A DNA stretch of 63,442 nucleotides, the filler included, from Octopus bimaculoides (lineage: Eukaryota): the NCBI RefSeq assembly GCF_001194135.2. It is 7 parts of 6 records of this genome, joined end to end, with 100 filler letters (N's around TTAATTAATTAA, not from the genome) between each part and the next. Parts side by side here need not be neighbours in the genome. Positions count along the whole stretch, not along the records: positions 1 to 15,770 come from NC_069008.1; 6 more parts are not named here. One strand, given 5' to 3'. Within the stretch, counting starts at the first letter, position 1; every line of letters starts with the position of its first letter. The notes under the pieces were generated by a model, which worked only from the letters and a program-made list of their open reading frames with translations, was not told the origin of the DNA and made no database searches. The translations under genes and the position numbers were made by a program. This document shows positions 1-13,289 of this stretch, one piece after another.

Positions 1-41
<41 letters not shown>

Positions 42-151
42 TATTACCTAATATAAAATTCTGGCCAAAATATATTTTTTCAATTTAGTTTTCAAATGCT
101 AGCTTTGTGTAATGATGTTTGCGTTTTTGTAGCATCATATATATATGTATC

Positions 152-186
<35 letters not shown>

Positions 187-639
187 TGTATGTATGTATG
201 TATGTATGCATGCATGTACGTATCTATATAAGCACTCATGCACATACATATATACATACATTGGAGTATATGTAGGCTTAAACACACACACATTTCTTAA
301 CATACATTTAAGAGATTCTTCAAGATAAAAATAGATACCACACATCATCTTAAAAAAATAACAGAAACAGAAAACAAAATATAAATATAAAATAACAACA
401 AACTATGATAAATAGTGGTAGACACCTTCCTTACACTGGATGTGTAACAAACGTGTAACTTTTTGAAGCCGTAAACTGTGCCAACGCTGGAACACAGGAG
501 ATGTAACAGGAAGACAACATTCTCAAGGACCAATACTGGCAAAATATAAGACCAGAGCTCATGTGTGTATGTGTGTCTCAAACAATGAACTATTTAGATA
601 CAGCCAATGCATGACACATTCAAATTAAAATTCGAGATA

Positions 640-1790
640 CATGTTGAAAGACTGTGACAGCAGAACTCGAATGTGTCATGTGTCGGCAATTTTTCAAGCA
701 TTTAAACCATGTTACATCTGTCACGCATTGTATGTGTGTGTGTGACACATATTAAACAAATTCTTCAATGTGCATGTAGAAAGACAGTGACTGTAGGCAG
801 ACCTTGGATGTGTCCTATACGTGTTCTGCAAGGTTTTCAGGCAATGAACTGTATCACAACAATGATACACTAACTGGTGTAACACAGATGAGTAGCTTGA
901 ATATATCAAATAGACTGTGACACCAAATTTCAACTGTGTCTTTGTAACACAGTGTTTCAGAGTAACAACAGTCTGTATCATGAAATACATACCAGGGTAT
1001 GTGACACACAATTCCTAAATATTTCATCAGAGTGTGACACACAGAGATTTGAGTTCAGTGATATAACATATGTAACCATGATACCTGAGTATGATTTCGC
1101 ATGTCACAATTGTGACAAGTCACCAGAGTTTTCAGTTCAGATGTGTCATATTTGTAACATGACACAGGAGTTTTTAGTTTGACAAGTGTGACAGACAACA
1201 TTCAAAGTATGAGCTTGTCACAGTGCAACCAAATACTATTGTTTGCAGTGGAGATGTGTCACATTTCTAACATGGCACAGGGGCTTTTAGCCTACTCTCA
1301 TGCAGCATAAGAGGGGCACAGTAATACTAACAAACAAAAAAAAAATGCATGAAAATTTTAGTTCCTTTCATGGTACAACTGTGACACATCTCCAGAATTT
1401 TGAATCCAGTTACATCAAGTGTGACAAAAAGGACAAACAGTTTTAAGTTTAGTCACAAGACATGTGACACAGCACCAACATGAGTTTAGTTACATTACAT
1501 GTATCACAAGAACAACATTTGTATTCAGTCACGTTACATGTGACACAGCACCAACAATTGAATTCAGTCATGTTACGTGTCACAATACCAATATTTGAGT
1601 TCAGTAGTTATGTTACATGTGGCGCAGCACCAATATTTGAAGTCAGCATGTCACACATGTTACAATACCAACATTTGAGTACACTACATCAGTTCATGTC
1701 GCAACTTTTGTAACACAGCACTCCAGATTTCAGTTTTAGCATTAATGTGTCCATGTCACATAATGACAAGAAAAGTTTCAGACGGATCAC
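640..1790. repeat. Old degenerate minisatellite (about 35-40 bp period) built on TGTGACAC/GTTACAT cores
   Basis: The units are clearest at 1460-1690 (e.g. tttgagttcagtcacgttacatgtgacacagcaccaac). Confidence 0.65.
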
Positions 1791-1956
1791 ATGATGTGTC
1801 AGCAAAATAAATAAATTTATCAATTAAACAAAAATTATCAGTAACACAACAGCTTCTATCCAACAAGGTAAAGGTGGGTCCAGGAAGCTGTGGACAAAGA
1901 GGTCCCACTTTCAAATACAACCAGGCAAGTATTCTGAACATCGAGGGTTTTATAAT

Positions 1957-2049
1957 TTAGAGAAGAAACAATGAGAGGAAGGCCTTTGGATTCAGGGGCC
2001 GGCAGACAATTTCTAGTTCATCTTCTTTGGAACAGGGATGGCCAGTCAA
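1957..2049 (-). CDS. FBXO32: FBXO25/32 last coding exon (LTGHPCSKEDELEIVCRPLNPKAFLSLFLL*)
   Basis: Acceptor ctctttcttgttgcag|TTG (phase 0), 31 codons ending in TAA at 1959-1957. It matches the atrogin C-terminus pattern GHPC...LSPxxFxxLF. Confidence 0.9.
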   Translation of the reverse strand: MTGHPCSKEDELEIVCRPLNPKAFLSLFLL

Positions 2050-3270
2050 CTGCAACAAGAAAGAGAGAAGGTAGACATTAGAGATATTAAGAGCAAGGGG
2101 ACAGATGACAACAACAACAACAATCATTTTAAGGCTATTTTCCCTCCTAATATGCAAAAAAGGCCAAAGGCCTTTTTTACTTACATCTGTGTGCATACAC
2201 TCACACACACACACACACTCGCATGCATACACAAACGCACACACACACATACATATAATGGGTTTATAATAGGTTTTATTTCCAGAGACTGAAACAAGTA
2301 AGAGATAAAAAAAACCCTTTATATTTTAATGATTCGATCTCTCAGACCCCTCAGATTTTTTATTCCAGAAGGTGTAAAAAGTGTATCAGACTGCACTGGA
2401 TGGGATTTCAGTGCATTATCTGATGGATCCTTGTTTTTGTTTTTGTTTTTGTTTTTACCACTTGTTTCAGTCATTGGACTCCGCTCATGTTGGGGCACCA
2501 CCTTGAGGAATTTGCAGTTGAATGAATTGATCCCAGGATATATTTTTAAAGCTTGGTACTTGATCTCTTGCTCTCTTTTGCCGAACCACAAAGTTACAAG
2601 GACATAAACACTGCAAGTGGTGGGTGGTGGTAGTGGACAAACACAGATACACACACATATAAAATAACAAAGGTGCCTAGATGCAATATAAAACCAAAAA
2701 GGAAAACTTCAGTTGTCACCAATAGTGATTGAGGCTGCAGAGTAGCACCTACATTGCTAGAAACAAGCGTCAAAGATCTTTATAACCATAGAAATCACAT
2801 TTTATGTACTGACAGGGGTTACAACTGCCCCACATCAAGTGAGATCACTATACTAGCAAGCTGGTTTTGCTTGGAATTAAAGATCATCAGTAGTAGCTAT
2901 TCCATCGCTAAATGGTTTGGTGAAATCCTACCAGTCAGTATATAATGTTTACTATATGAATCAATGGTAATTCAGCAAAATGGTAATGTGAAAATTATAA
3001 AATAACAAAGGTGGCTATATATATGATGAGCTTCTTTCAATTTCCATCTCTTAAATCCACTCACAAGGCTTTGGTTGACCTGAAGCTATAGTAGAAGACA
3101 CTTGCCCAAGGTGCCATGCAATGGGACTAAAACCAGATTGTGTGGTTGGGAAGCAAGCTTCTTAGTGCACAGCTATACTGACCACTTCATATTAACCACA
3201 GCACTTTATAGTGTAGTGGTCAGCATACTGGTTTCACAGACACAGACTATGTGAAGCTCTATCTTCTTAC

Positions 3271-3343
3271 CTTCCAGAATATACAATCACAGTTGCAACA
3301 GATACACAGCATGTCCGCAAATGTATCTTTCCTTCCAAATCGT
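3271..3343 (-). CDS. FBXO32: FBXO25/32 penultimate coding exon (K-RFGRKDTFADMLCICCNCDCIFWK)
   Basis: Acceptor ttgtttttgcag|A and donor TGGAAG|gtaaga; 73 nt (1+72). It completes the phase-2 AA codon of the previous exon and matches the family segment YxDxLxLCxxCxxLFWK. The ORF track does not show this frame. Confidence 0.9.
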
Positions 3344-3427
3344 CTGCAAAAACAACAAAAAATAGAAAGAAAATAACAATAGCAATAATAATAATAATAA
3401 TGATGATAATAATAATAATAATAATAA

Positions 3428-3977
3428 ATGCCCGGATGCAGTACCAGGTAGTGGCTCTCATGGCTTCTGATCTTAATTGATTGGAAGTGTTATCATGTAC
3501 ATTGTTTTGTCTTGGTATAAAAGATGGGCTACAGCAAATATTCTGCTTAATACCACAGATTTGCTTGTCAGTTGTTTTGACCTTAACCAGTTGAGCATGT
3601 CCCTTGGTGGCTGACGATATGTGCATCTCTGATCACGAGCAGAAGTAGTGGGGGAGCCTCATAGCTATGTGTTGAGAGGAATTCTTTGGGGTTTGAATAA
3701 TTCACCTTTGGAAACATGGATATTTTGCTCAGCATCTTTGAAACAAACCTTATTCAGGGACCTTTTGAGCGGGATGGGCTACTCGACCTGCAGAAAATTC
3801 TAACCGGGCCCCACCTGCGAGGTCATGCGCTGTTTATCTTGATATGAGATCACCACGTTGTGCACATACAGTTGTGATGTAATGTACCCTTATCAGACGG
3901 GTAGTCATGATGGGTATAATGGGCTTCTTATATTTTACCCCAGTGTCACTTTGATGGCATGCACTGCTCTCTCACTC
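3428..3977. repeat. Unclassified non-coding insertion of about 550 bp bounded by (AAT)n on both sides
   Basis: A complex, more GC-rich block with sharp boundaries at two (AAT)n arrays. No convincing ORF. Confidence 0.45.
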
Positions 3978-4023
<46 letters not shown>

Positions 4024-4025
<2 letters not shown>

Positions 4026-4720
4026 CCTTTCTGTTATAGGCACAAGGCCTGGAATTTGTGGGAGAAGGCTAGTTGATCACATCAACCCCAGTACTTAACT
4101 GGTACCTATTTTATTGGCCTCAAAAGGATAAAAGGCAAAGTTGACCTTGGTGGAATTTGAACTCTGAATGTGAAGACAGATGAAATGCCACTAAGCATTA
4201 ATAATAATAATAATCCTTTCTACTATAGGCACAAGGCCTGAAATTTGGGGGAGGTGGGGGCCAGTCGATTAGATTGACCCCCAGTACACCACTGGTACTT
4301 AATTTATCAACTCCAAAAAGATGAAAGGCAAAGTCAACCTCAACAGAATTTGAACTCAGAATGTAAAGATAGATGAAATACCGCTAAGCATTTTGCCCAG
4401 CATGCTAATGCCTCTGTCAGCTCACCGCCTTAATAATAATAATAATAATAACAAGGGAAGGAACTAGTCGATTACATCGACCCCCAGTACTCAACTGGTA
4501 TTTAGTTTATCGACCCCCAAAAGGATGAAAGGCAAAATCAACATCAGAGGAATTTGAACTCAGAACCTAAAGATGGGCAAAATGCTGCTCAGCATTTTGC
4601 CTGGCATGCTAACAATTCTGCCAGCTCACTGCCTGAACAATAATAATAATCCTTACTAAGAAATGCACAAGGCCTAGAATTTGAGGGGAGGGGGCTAGTT
4701 AGTTACATTGACACTAGTGC
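4024..4720 (-). mobile_element. Stack of four SINE family B copies separated by (AAT)n
   Basis: Head aaggcggcgagctggcag-like, core gtcaactttgcctttcatcc...gtcgat...agtaccag and tail gaaagg(att)n. The last copy is fused to the Dong RT. Confidence 0.8.
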
Positions 4721-4734
4721 TAAGCATTTCACCC

Positions 4735-7600
4735 AAGAACTGGGTAAAAATAAAATAGACATTACTGTAGCACCAACAGCAGAAGTGGAAAAATTTTGGA
4801 AAGAAATATGGTCGGTGAAGCAACAACCCCAGAAAAGGACCATTAAAACAACGAACTTAGCACCTGAGCAACTCTGGACCCCTGTAACAACTGAAGAGGT
4901 CACCCAGGAACTGCAAAGACTAAGCAACTGGAAGGCACCTGGGCACGACAAGATCCCCAACTTCTGGTTAAAATACCTGACAGGAATGCACAAAAAACTG
5001 GCTGAAAACTTTAACAACATACTAGCAGAGTCAGAGACAATGCCTGAATGGCTCACGAAAGGGAAAACCATCCTAATTCCCAAATCCACGGAAATGGCAA
5101 AACCACAAAACTACAGACCTATAACCTGTCTCCTACAATCTACAAAGCCTTTACTGCAATAATATCGCAGAGNNNNNNNNNNNNNNNNNNNNNNNNNNNN
5201 NNNNNNNNNNNNNNNNNNNNNNNNNNNNNNNNNNNNNNNNNNNNNNNNNNNNNNNNNNNNNNNNNNNNNNNNNNNNNNNNNNNNNNNNNNNNNNNNNNNN
5301 NNNNNNNNNNNNNNNNNNNNNNNNNNNNNNNNNNNNNNNNNNNNNNNNNNNNNNNNNNNNNNNNNNNNNNNNNNNNNNNNNNNNNNNNNNNNNNNNNNNN
5401 NNNNNNNNNNNNNNNNNNNNNNNNNNNNNNNNNNNNNNNNNNNNNNNNNNNNNNNNNNNNNNNNNNNNNNNNNNNNNNNNNNNNNNNNNNNNNNNNNNNN
5501 NNNNNNNNNNNNNNNNNNNNNNNNNNNNNNNNNNNNNNNNNNNNNNNNNNNNNNNNNNNNNNNNNNNNNNNNNNNNNNNNNNNNNNNNNNNNNNNNNNNN
5601 NNNNNNNNNNNNNNNNNNNNNNNNNNNNNNNNNNNNNNNNNNNNNNNNNNNNNNNNNNNNNNNNNNNNNNNNNNNNNNNNNNNNNNNNNNNNNNNNNNNN
5701 NNNNNNNNNNNNNNNNNNNNNNNNNNNNNNNNNNNNNNNNNNNNNNNNNNNNNNNNNNNNNNNNNNNNNNNNNNNNNNNNNNNNNNNNNNNNNNNNNNNN
5801 NNNNNNNNNNNNNNNNNNNNNNNNNNNNNNNNNNNNNNNNNNNNNNNNNNNNNNNNNNNNNNNNNNNNNNNNNNNNNNNNNNNNNNNNNNNNNNNNNNNN
5901 NNNNNNNNNNNNNNNNNNNNNNNNNNNNNNNNNNNNNNNNNNNNNNNNNNNNNNNNNNNNNNNNNNNNNNNNNNNNNNNAGCAACATCACACTAGATAAA
6001 GCCAATGAAATAAGAGAACTCGACGAAAGCCAGCCATACAAAAATTTAGGAGTCAATGAACTAGATAGGATACAACATACACAAATGAAAGAAAAAATAA
6101 AGAAAGAATACTATAGACAAATTAAACACAGAGCTCAATGCTAAAAACAAGATAATAGGTATTAACGCTTTAGCTGTCCCAGTTATAATTTACTGCCACA
6201 ATATCTTTAACTGGACACTAAATGAACTAACTAAAATAGACAGGAAAACAAGAAAAATAGTGACAGGATCTAGGATGCACCACCCAAAATCTGACATAGA
6301 AANNNNNNNNNNAAAAATAGTGACAGGATCTAGGATGCACCACCCAAAATCTGACATAGAAAGGCTATATATACAACACACAAAAGGTGGCAGGGGTCTT
6401 ATACAGCTGGAAAACCATTATGAAATAACCACCATAGGATTGCAAAAATACCTACTCCAGAAGCAATGAAAACTAATACAAATAGCCACAAAACACGAGC
6501 AAAACAAAAAACTGTTTTCAGTATTTAAGGAAGCTGATAAATACAAACAAGAAATCAATCTACCTATCAAAGAAGAAGAAGAAGAAGAAGAAGAAGAAGA
6601 AAACAAATGAAATCCAAACTAAAACTAGAACAGCAACGGACCACGATAAGATGATGGCAAGAAAAGCCCCTACATGGTAAATACTGGGCTAAACTAAATG
6701 CAAAAGAAATAGACAGAGAAAAATCCCAGCAATGGTTGAGAAGCTCAGGACTNNNNNNNNNNGGCTAAACTAAATGCAAAAGAAATAGACAGAGAAAAAT
6801 CCCAGCAATGGTTGAGAAGCTCAGGACTCAAAGCAGAGACTGAAGGATTTTTAATTGCTGCACACGACCAAAGCCTCCCCACCAGAAATTACCAAAAACA
6901 TATAATGAAAAGAAACATAACAAGTAACTGCAGAATATGTGGAGCTGGAGAAGAAACAATAAATCATATTATCTCTGGGTGCCCAGTCCTGGCTAAAAAG
7001 GAATATATTCACAGACACGACAGAGCTGGGACCTATATACACTGGAAGCTATGCCAGCACTATGGAATAACAACAGAAAAAAGATGGTATAAGCACATGC
7101 CAGAAAAGGTCACAGAAAGCGAGAAAGCAACCATACTCTGGGATATGCCAATACACACAGATAGAGAAATTAAGGCAAATAGACCAGATATAGTTGTCAA
7201 AGATAATGAAGAAAAAAATGCTTTCTAATTGATGTATCAATACCAGCAGATGACAACGTTTCCCTAAAAGAAATGGAGAAACTTTCAAAATACAAAGAGC
7301 TGGAAATAGAAGTAATTCGAATGTGGAATCTAAAAACAGAAACAATTCCTATCATAGTAGGTGCCTTAGGCATGATAAAAAAATATTCAGACAAATACAT
7401 AACAAAAACACCAGGACTTACAAATATATATAACATACAGAAAATTGCACTACTGGGCACTGCACACATCCTACGCAAAACACTTTCAATACAGTGACCA
7501 TAAGAGCATCACAGCAAACCACAGCACATACCCAAGGCACACAGAGCTGCACTCGGTAGTGAAGTGAAAGCACGTTATGAAAATAAAACTACTGAATAAT
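4735..7600 (+). mobile_element. R4/Dong-clade non-LTR retrotransposon (RT + CCHC + restriction-like endonuclease), 5'-truncated, frameshifted and gapped
   Basis: RT N-terminus WKAPGHDKIPNFWLK and NYRPITCL. Zinc knuckle CRICG...ETINHIISGC and HRHD. RLE motifs RPDIVVKD, IDVSIP and EKLSKY. The 3' end ctactg runs into (AAT)n. Confidence 0.9.
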
Positions 7601-8655
7601 AATAATAATACCCCATTAGTCTACAGTGAGAAATTTTCTCCATGACAAAACACAGTGAACGGCTTTCAGATGAGTTCAAATATGCCCCAAGCATATTTGA
7701 GCAGCTAATAACTTTGTACAAGAATAAGCATAGCTGTGTGGTTAAGACATTCACTTCTCAGCTTTGTGGTTGTAGTTTCAATCCTACTGTGCAGCACACT
7801 GAATAAGAATCTTCTATCAAATTCTACTGACAAGGTCTTAGTCAACCAAAGGCTACAGTAGAAGACACCTACTTCATATGTAACATAGGGGGTTTGAAAC
7901 CTGAGCCACAGGCACCAAAAATGAATTTCTTCACCAGATAAGCTATAGTTTTCTGTTTACACACATATATATTAATTATCTTGATCTAATTATCATGATC
8001 TAAATATCTTAATGACCATACTTAATTTATTCATGGCGACAAATGATAAAAGCACAAGAGGAATTTAGGTCATTTGATTAATGGAAGCTGAAACAAAAGA
8101 CTGGCGTCAACTCATCCACCAACCCCCTAACACACATATTCATACATGCATACATACTATATATATATATATATATATATAATCTATCCAAACATGAACA
8201 AGCAAGAAAAAACACGAAAAAACAACAATGCGAGGATGTGGAATAAGTACAGTGTTATTGGACGATCAGGAAAGGAAAGAAAAAAAAGAGGATTTCATGT
8301 TTCGAGCGGAGCTCTTTGTCAGGAATAGAGAAAAAGTCCAAAGAAGGGAAGAGGGAGAAAGAAAATCGCCAACGATACCCATGCGGTCACATATTGAAAT
8401 GACTGGAAGGGAAAGGGTAGAGAAAAAGTTCTTTCAAAGACAGGAGAGTGTAAGAGAAGGAGGTATGTGTGGGTATGTGCATGCGCACAGGTCTGTGTGT
8501 GTGTGTGTGTAATGATAGCATGTGAATGTGCGCGTGTGTGTGTATATATGAGTGTGGTTGTGGCTGTTTATGTATGTGTGTGTGTGTGTATCTATATGTA
8601 GTGTGTGTGTGTGTGTGTGAGTACATGTGTATGTGTGTGTGTGAGTACATGTGTA

Positions 8656-8699
<44 letters not shown>

Positions 8700-8721
8700 T
8701 ACATATTTTTATATACATATA

Positions 8722-9357
8722 TAGAGGGTGCGATGGGTAAATTGTTGCCATGTCATAATTTTAATTTCGGGCATGTGCATTGTTTGTCTTTGATTTTGCC
8801 GACTACACCATATAGTAAAGTCAGTTGGGCACAGTCTGTGAGAAAAACAGCGCCATGATGCAATTCACTTTGCCAGAAATTTGGAAATTACACGCTGTAC
8901 TGTTTGTGCCAGATGCTCTAATATGAACATTTCAAAGTGTTTGTGAGTCAATCTGAAGACATGTACTGCGAGTGATGTAGTGATGGTGACGTTATATCTA
9001 CGTTCATCTTCCCACACAGCTTCAGACTCAACACGGTGGCCTACATCAAGTGCCTGGTGGAGGTAGTGCTACCCTGGGTCAACAGGGTAGCTGCTGGAAG
9101 ACCCTACGTCAGGCAACAGGACTCTGCACCATGCCACACAAGTAGAAGAACCCAGTCATGTCTATCAGACAATTTCTGCAACCACGTCATCATTAACATC
9201 TGGCTACCTAACTCCCCAGACTGCAACATCCTTGATTATTATGTGTGGGGTACAGCTGAGTGAGAGACCAACAAAACTCTTTGTAATACCAAAGATGAAC
9301 TGAAGGCAAGGATTATGGCAGCATTCACCAATTCAAACAAGGAGACCATCCAGAAGA

Positions 9358-9360
<3 letters not shown>
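8722..9360 (+). mobile_element. Tc1/mariner superfamily, maT-like (DD37D) transposase relic
   Basis: QQDSAPCH...NSPDCNILDYYVWG, with 37 residues between the second and third catalytic Asp. Confidence 0.8.
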
Positions 9361-9398
<38 letters not shown>

Positions 9399-9944
9399 AC
9401 GTGCTTCTTTCAGTTTCCATCTACCAAATCCACTCACAAGGCTATAGTAGAAGACACTTGCCCAAGGCGCTACGCAGTGGGACTGAACCAATATCCATGT
9501 GGTTGGTAAGCAAGCTACTTACCACACAGCCACTCCTGCACCTGTATATATATTTATATATAGAAACACACACACACACATATATATATATGCAACAGAC
9601 TTCTTTCAATTTCCATCAACCAAATCCACTCACAAGGCTTTAGTCAGCCTGAAGCTATAGTAGAAGACATTTGCCCAAGACTACAGGGTTGGAAAGCAAG
9701 CTTCTTAACAAATAAAACGTTAATAACAATTTTAAACAGAACAAATTTAAAAGAAAAGAGGAAATAAAAACTGGTTGACTGGTAAAATGTTTAAGCAATG
9801 ATAAAGTAACTGACAGGAATGATGGCATTTTTTACATTCTGAAACGAAATCCTGCTGAAATCAACTTCATCTTTCATCCCTCCAGAGTCGATAGATAAAG
9901 CATCGGTCATCTACTCAGCTGGAAAAAAAAATCCCTCCAGAAAT

Positions 9945-10225
9945 GTGACTTTGATGAGGAACGATAGGAAATCACCGCCACAAACAGATCTGAACGGAGG
10001 CAAGCAGTATCTGAAGGGAACCAAAGCATAAGAAAATGAAAGACGAGTTAGCCAAATGGAAAAGCGTGAGGCAATAAAGGCTAGATCTAACACACCAGAG
10101 CGTTCCCTTGTGTGTCCAGTATGCGGTCACCATTATGCGTCTGACTATGGCCTCAGATCCTACATGGGGGTATACAAATGAACAAAGTGTTAGGTTGGAC
10201 TTTATCGACCACGATAGTCGACCAA
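9945..10225 (+). mobile_element. RTE-clade LINE 3' end (C2H2-like tail)
   Basis: RSERRQAVSEG...LVCPVCGHHYASDYGLRSYM, a decayed version of CxxCGRxCxSxIGLxSH. Confidence 0.6.
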
Positions 10226-13029
10226 CATATACTCAGCTACAGTGTGAGCCATGGGAGACAACTGTGTGAAAGTCAGGGGGAATAACTCAATGATTCTTTA
10301 TCTTCACGGTATTGAATGTAATAGAGTGGTTTCTGGATAGAGGTTGTATATTTGGTATCTGACAGTTGCACCTTGTCTGAGATAGTCGGGTGAACAGGCA
10401 GTTGGACTGACTTTCATTCAACACTCAATCTTTCATTTGATGGTTCCTAGCGCCATACTCGGTACCCCACTTCAACTGTTGGGCCAAACCAAGTGAGGGT
10501 ATGCTTTTAACTTTGTACCAGTAAACAATAGACTCCAAAGTAACATTTCCCAAGGGCTGAAGAACCTGCTCAGGCTAACGGCCTAGTGTTCGGTACCAAG
10601 GCGTATCTCAGGCAGAGGTATACAGTTATGGTTAACAGCTTGGAGAGGAATGGGCGCCGCTAAGCTAACTTGTCCATGAAACATTCAAGTAGATGACAAC
10701 CAGAACAGCACCCCCACCAGATGAGCAGTTGCCTGGGTTAACATCAAGGAAGGAGACAGGGTTTGATTTTGCTGGCTCACAGAGGGTAGCAGAAGACAAA
10801 GATAAGTGGCAACATCTGGTTGCAATGTCATCAGTGAATGCCTCCAATGACCAAATGGTCAAAGGGCAGGAAGCAAAAGAAAATGAAACAAATGGAGGAG
10901 GATGGAGCTAGGGCGTCTTATCTGACTGACACGCTGGATTCTAGTTGATCCAATCAACAGAACAGCCTCCTTGTGAAATTAATGTGCAAGTGGCTGAGTA
11001 CTTCACAGACACACATACCCTTTATGTAGTTCTCAGGGAGATTCAGCATGATACAGAATGTTACAAGGCTGGCCCTTTTGAAATACAGGTACAACTCATT
11101 TGTACCAGCTGAGTGGACTGGAGCAACGTGAAATAAAGTGTCTTGCTCAAGGACACAATGCATTACCTGGAATTGAACTTACGACCTTACAATTGTGAGC
11201 TGAATACCCTAACCACTAAGCCACATGCCTTCACTATTCTTATCTAACCACAAATACCAAATAACCTAAAGAACATCACAGGGAACAGGGATCGAGCATT
11301 GTTTGTTGAATTCTAACTCATTCAGCCAAGTGAAATCACAGCCATGGCCGTTGCTACTGTCATGTAAATGGCACCTGTAGTCATGGCCATTGCCAGAACC
11401 AAGATGTTCAAATGTTGGGCCTTATGGAGGCGATGACAAGTGACCGAGTCCTTTGATGATATGCAGTGCTTGAGAAGACTTGTCAAGTGGAGTCATAGTT
11501 GTGGCCATTGCTGGTGTCATGTAAATGGCACCTGTGCCAGTGGTGTGTAAAAGGCACCTCCTACACTCTTTGAGTGGTTGGCATTGGAAAGGGTGTCCAA
11601 CTGTAGAAACCAAGCCAGATCAGACTGGAATCTGGTGCATCTCTCTGGTTTACCAGTTCCAGCCAAGCTGTCTAACCCATGCCAGCATGGAAAGCAGATG
11701 TTAATGATGATGATGATGATGATGGTCATCATCATCATCATGTTTTACTATTTATTTATACGTTTTTTGCATGGATTGAATGACTTCTTTTAAGTTAGAT
11801 TTTCTATAGTCAAATGCCTTTCCTGTCACCAACACTCACCTGTTGCCAAGCAAGTTAATATTTCCCCAAGGCTAGACATGATTTTCCCATAGAATAGGTA
11901 ATAGGTTCGAATGCTGGCATAAGGCTAGTAATTTCAGAAGAGGGAGTAAATATCGATTACATCAATCTACAGGGTTCAACCGGTATTTCTTCCATTGACC
12001 CTGCAAGGACGAAATACAAAGTGAACCTCAGGGGAATTTGAAGTCAGAAGGTAAGGACTGATGAAATGCCACCAAGCATTTTGTGCGACATGTTAACAAT
12101 TCTGCCAATTCACCACCTGATATCTCCCCATAATATTGAAAATGAATATCACTGCTAATGTGACAGTGACACTTGTTTACAACAACTCTCTTGAAATGTC
12201 AAGCAAGACAAGGAGACACAAACACACACACACACACACACACACATACATATACATATGTATATATCCTCCAATGCCCCTTTCCCTCTCAGAGATTACT
12301 TGTCTTTCAAGCTACTTGGTGACCCTGCCGGTGCTGGTACCACATAAAGAGCATTNNNNNNNNNNNNNNNNNNNNNNNNNNNNNNNNNNNNNNNNNNNNN
12401 NNNNNNNNNNNNNNNNNNNNNNNNNNNNNNNNNNNNNNNNNNNNNNNNNNNNNNNNNNNNNNNNNNNNNNNNNNNNNNNNNNNNNNNNNNNNNNNNNNNN
12501 NNNNNNNNNNNNNNNNNNNNNNNNNNNNNNNNNNNNNNNNNNNNNNNNNNNNNNNNNNNNNNNNNNNNNNNNNNNNNNNNNNNNNNNNNNNNNNNNNNNN
12601 NNNNNNNNNNNNNNNNNNNNNNNNNNNNNNNNNNNNNNNNNNNNNNNNNNNNNNNNNNNNNNNNNNNNNNNNNNNNNNNNNNNNNNNNNNNNNNNNNNNN
12701 NNNNNNNNNNNNNNNNNNNNNNNNNNNNNNNNNNNNNNNNNNNNNNNNNNNNNNNNNNNNNNNNNNNNNNNNNNNNNNNNNNNNNNNNNTTAAAAGAAGT
12801 GACTTCTGCTGCTACATAAATGCTAACAAAATTGAAAGGGTTAATGGAACCTGCATAACTGGACATTTCCCAGACTGTTTTCCTTCTGGAGATAGGCCTT
12901 TGCACCTGAAATATAAAGGTTTTACAAAACTTTCCACATTATCAGAAGCTTTTTATTTCCCTCTTTTTTATCTTCTTTGATAAAAAAAAAAAGGAAAAAG
13001 AAAGAAAAAAAGAGCCAAAAGTAACGTAC

Positions 13030-13289
13030 TTTACACATCTTCGGTAAACCATTTTCCAGTCAATCTCACACTCGTCAGCTTCCTTTGGTATAAATACCAA
13101 CAGTTGGTCGTTGTTGAAATTATAAAAACACAGCTGCTTCCATAGTATCTTCTCTTCGGACAGTTCATAGATAAAGCTGTTTGTGAGACCAGTGTGGACA
13201 ATGTCCTTGTGGTCGTTGAGCCGTAACAGGATGTCTCGGATGCAGTCTTCTGGCAAATCACTAAAGGTGAGCCTGCCATCATTTTCTCG
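13030..13289 (-). CDS. FBXO32: FBXO25/FBXO32 (atrogin-1/MAFbx) family F-box protein, internal exon carrying the F-box (RENDGRLTFSDLPEDCIRDILLRLNDHKDIV...LWKQLCFYNF...DWKMVYRRCV)
   Basis: The translation matches the family motif LTFxDLP...LWKxLCxxxF...DWKxxY. Acceptor cacatgcag|CGA at 13289 (phase 0), donor GTAAA|gtacgt at 13030 (phase 2); 260 nt. One invertebrate gene may correspond to both FBXO25 and FBXO32. Upstream exons were not found in the window. Confidence 0.92.

Noticed and set aside
6254-6830. Direct repeats of about 50-65 bp inside the Dong ORF (6254/6313 and about 6688/6763)
   Set aside because: Each pair is separated by a 10-N gap, typical of unmerged contig overlaps.
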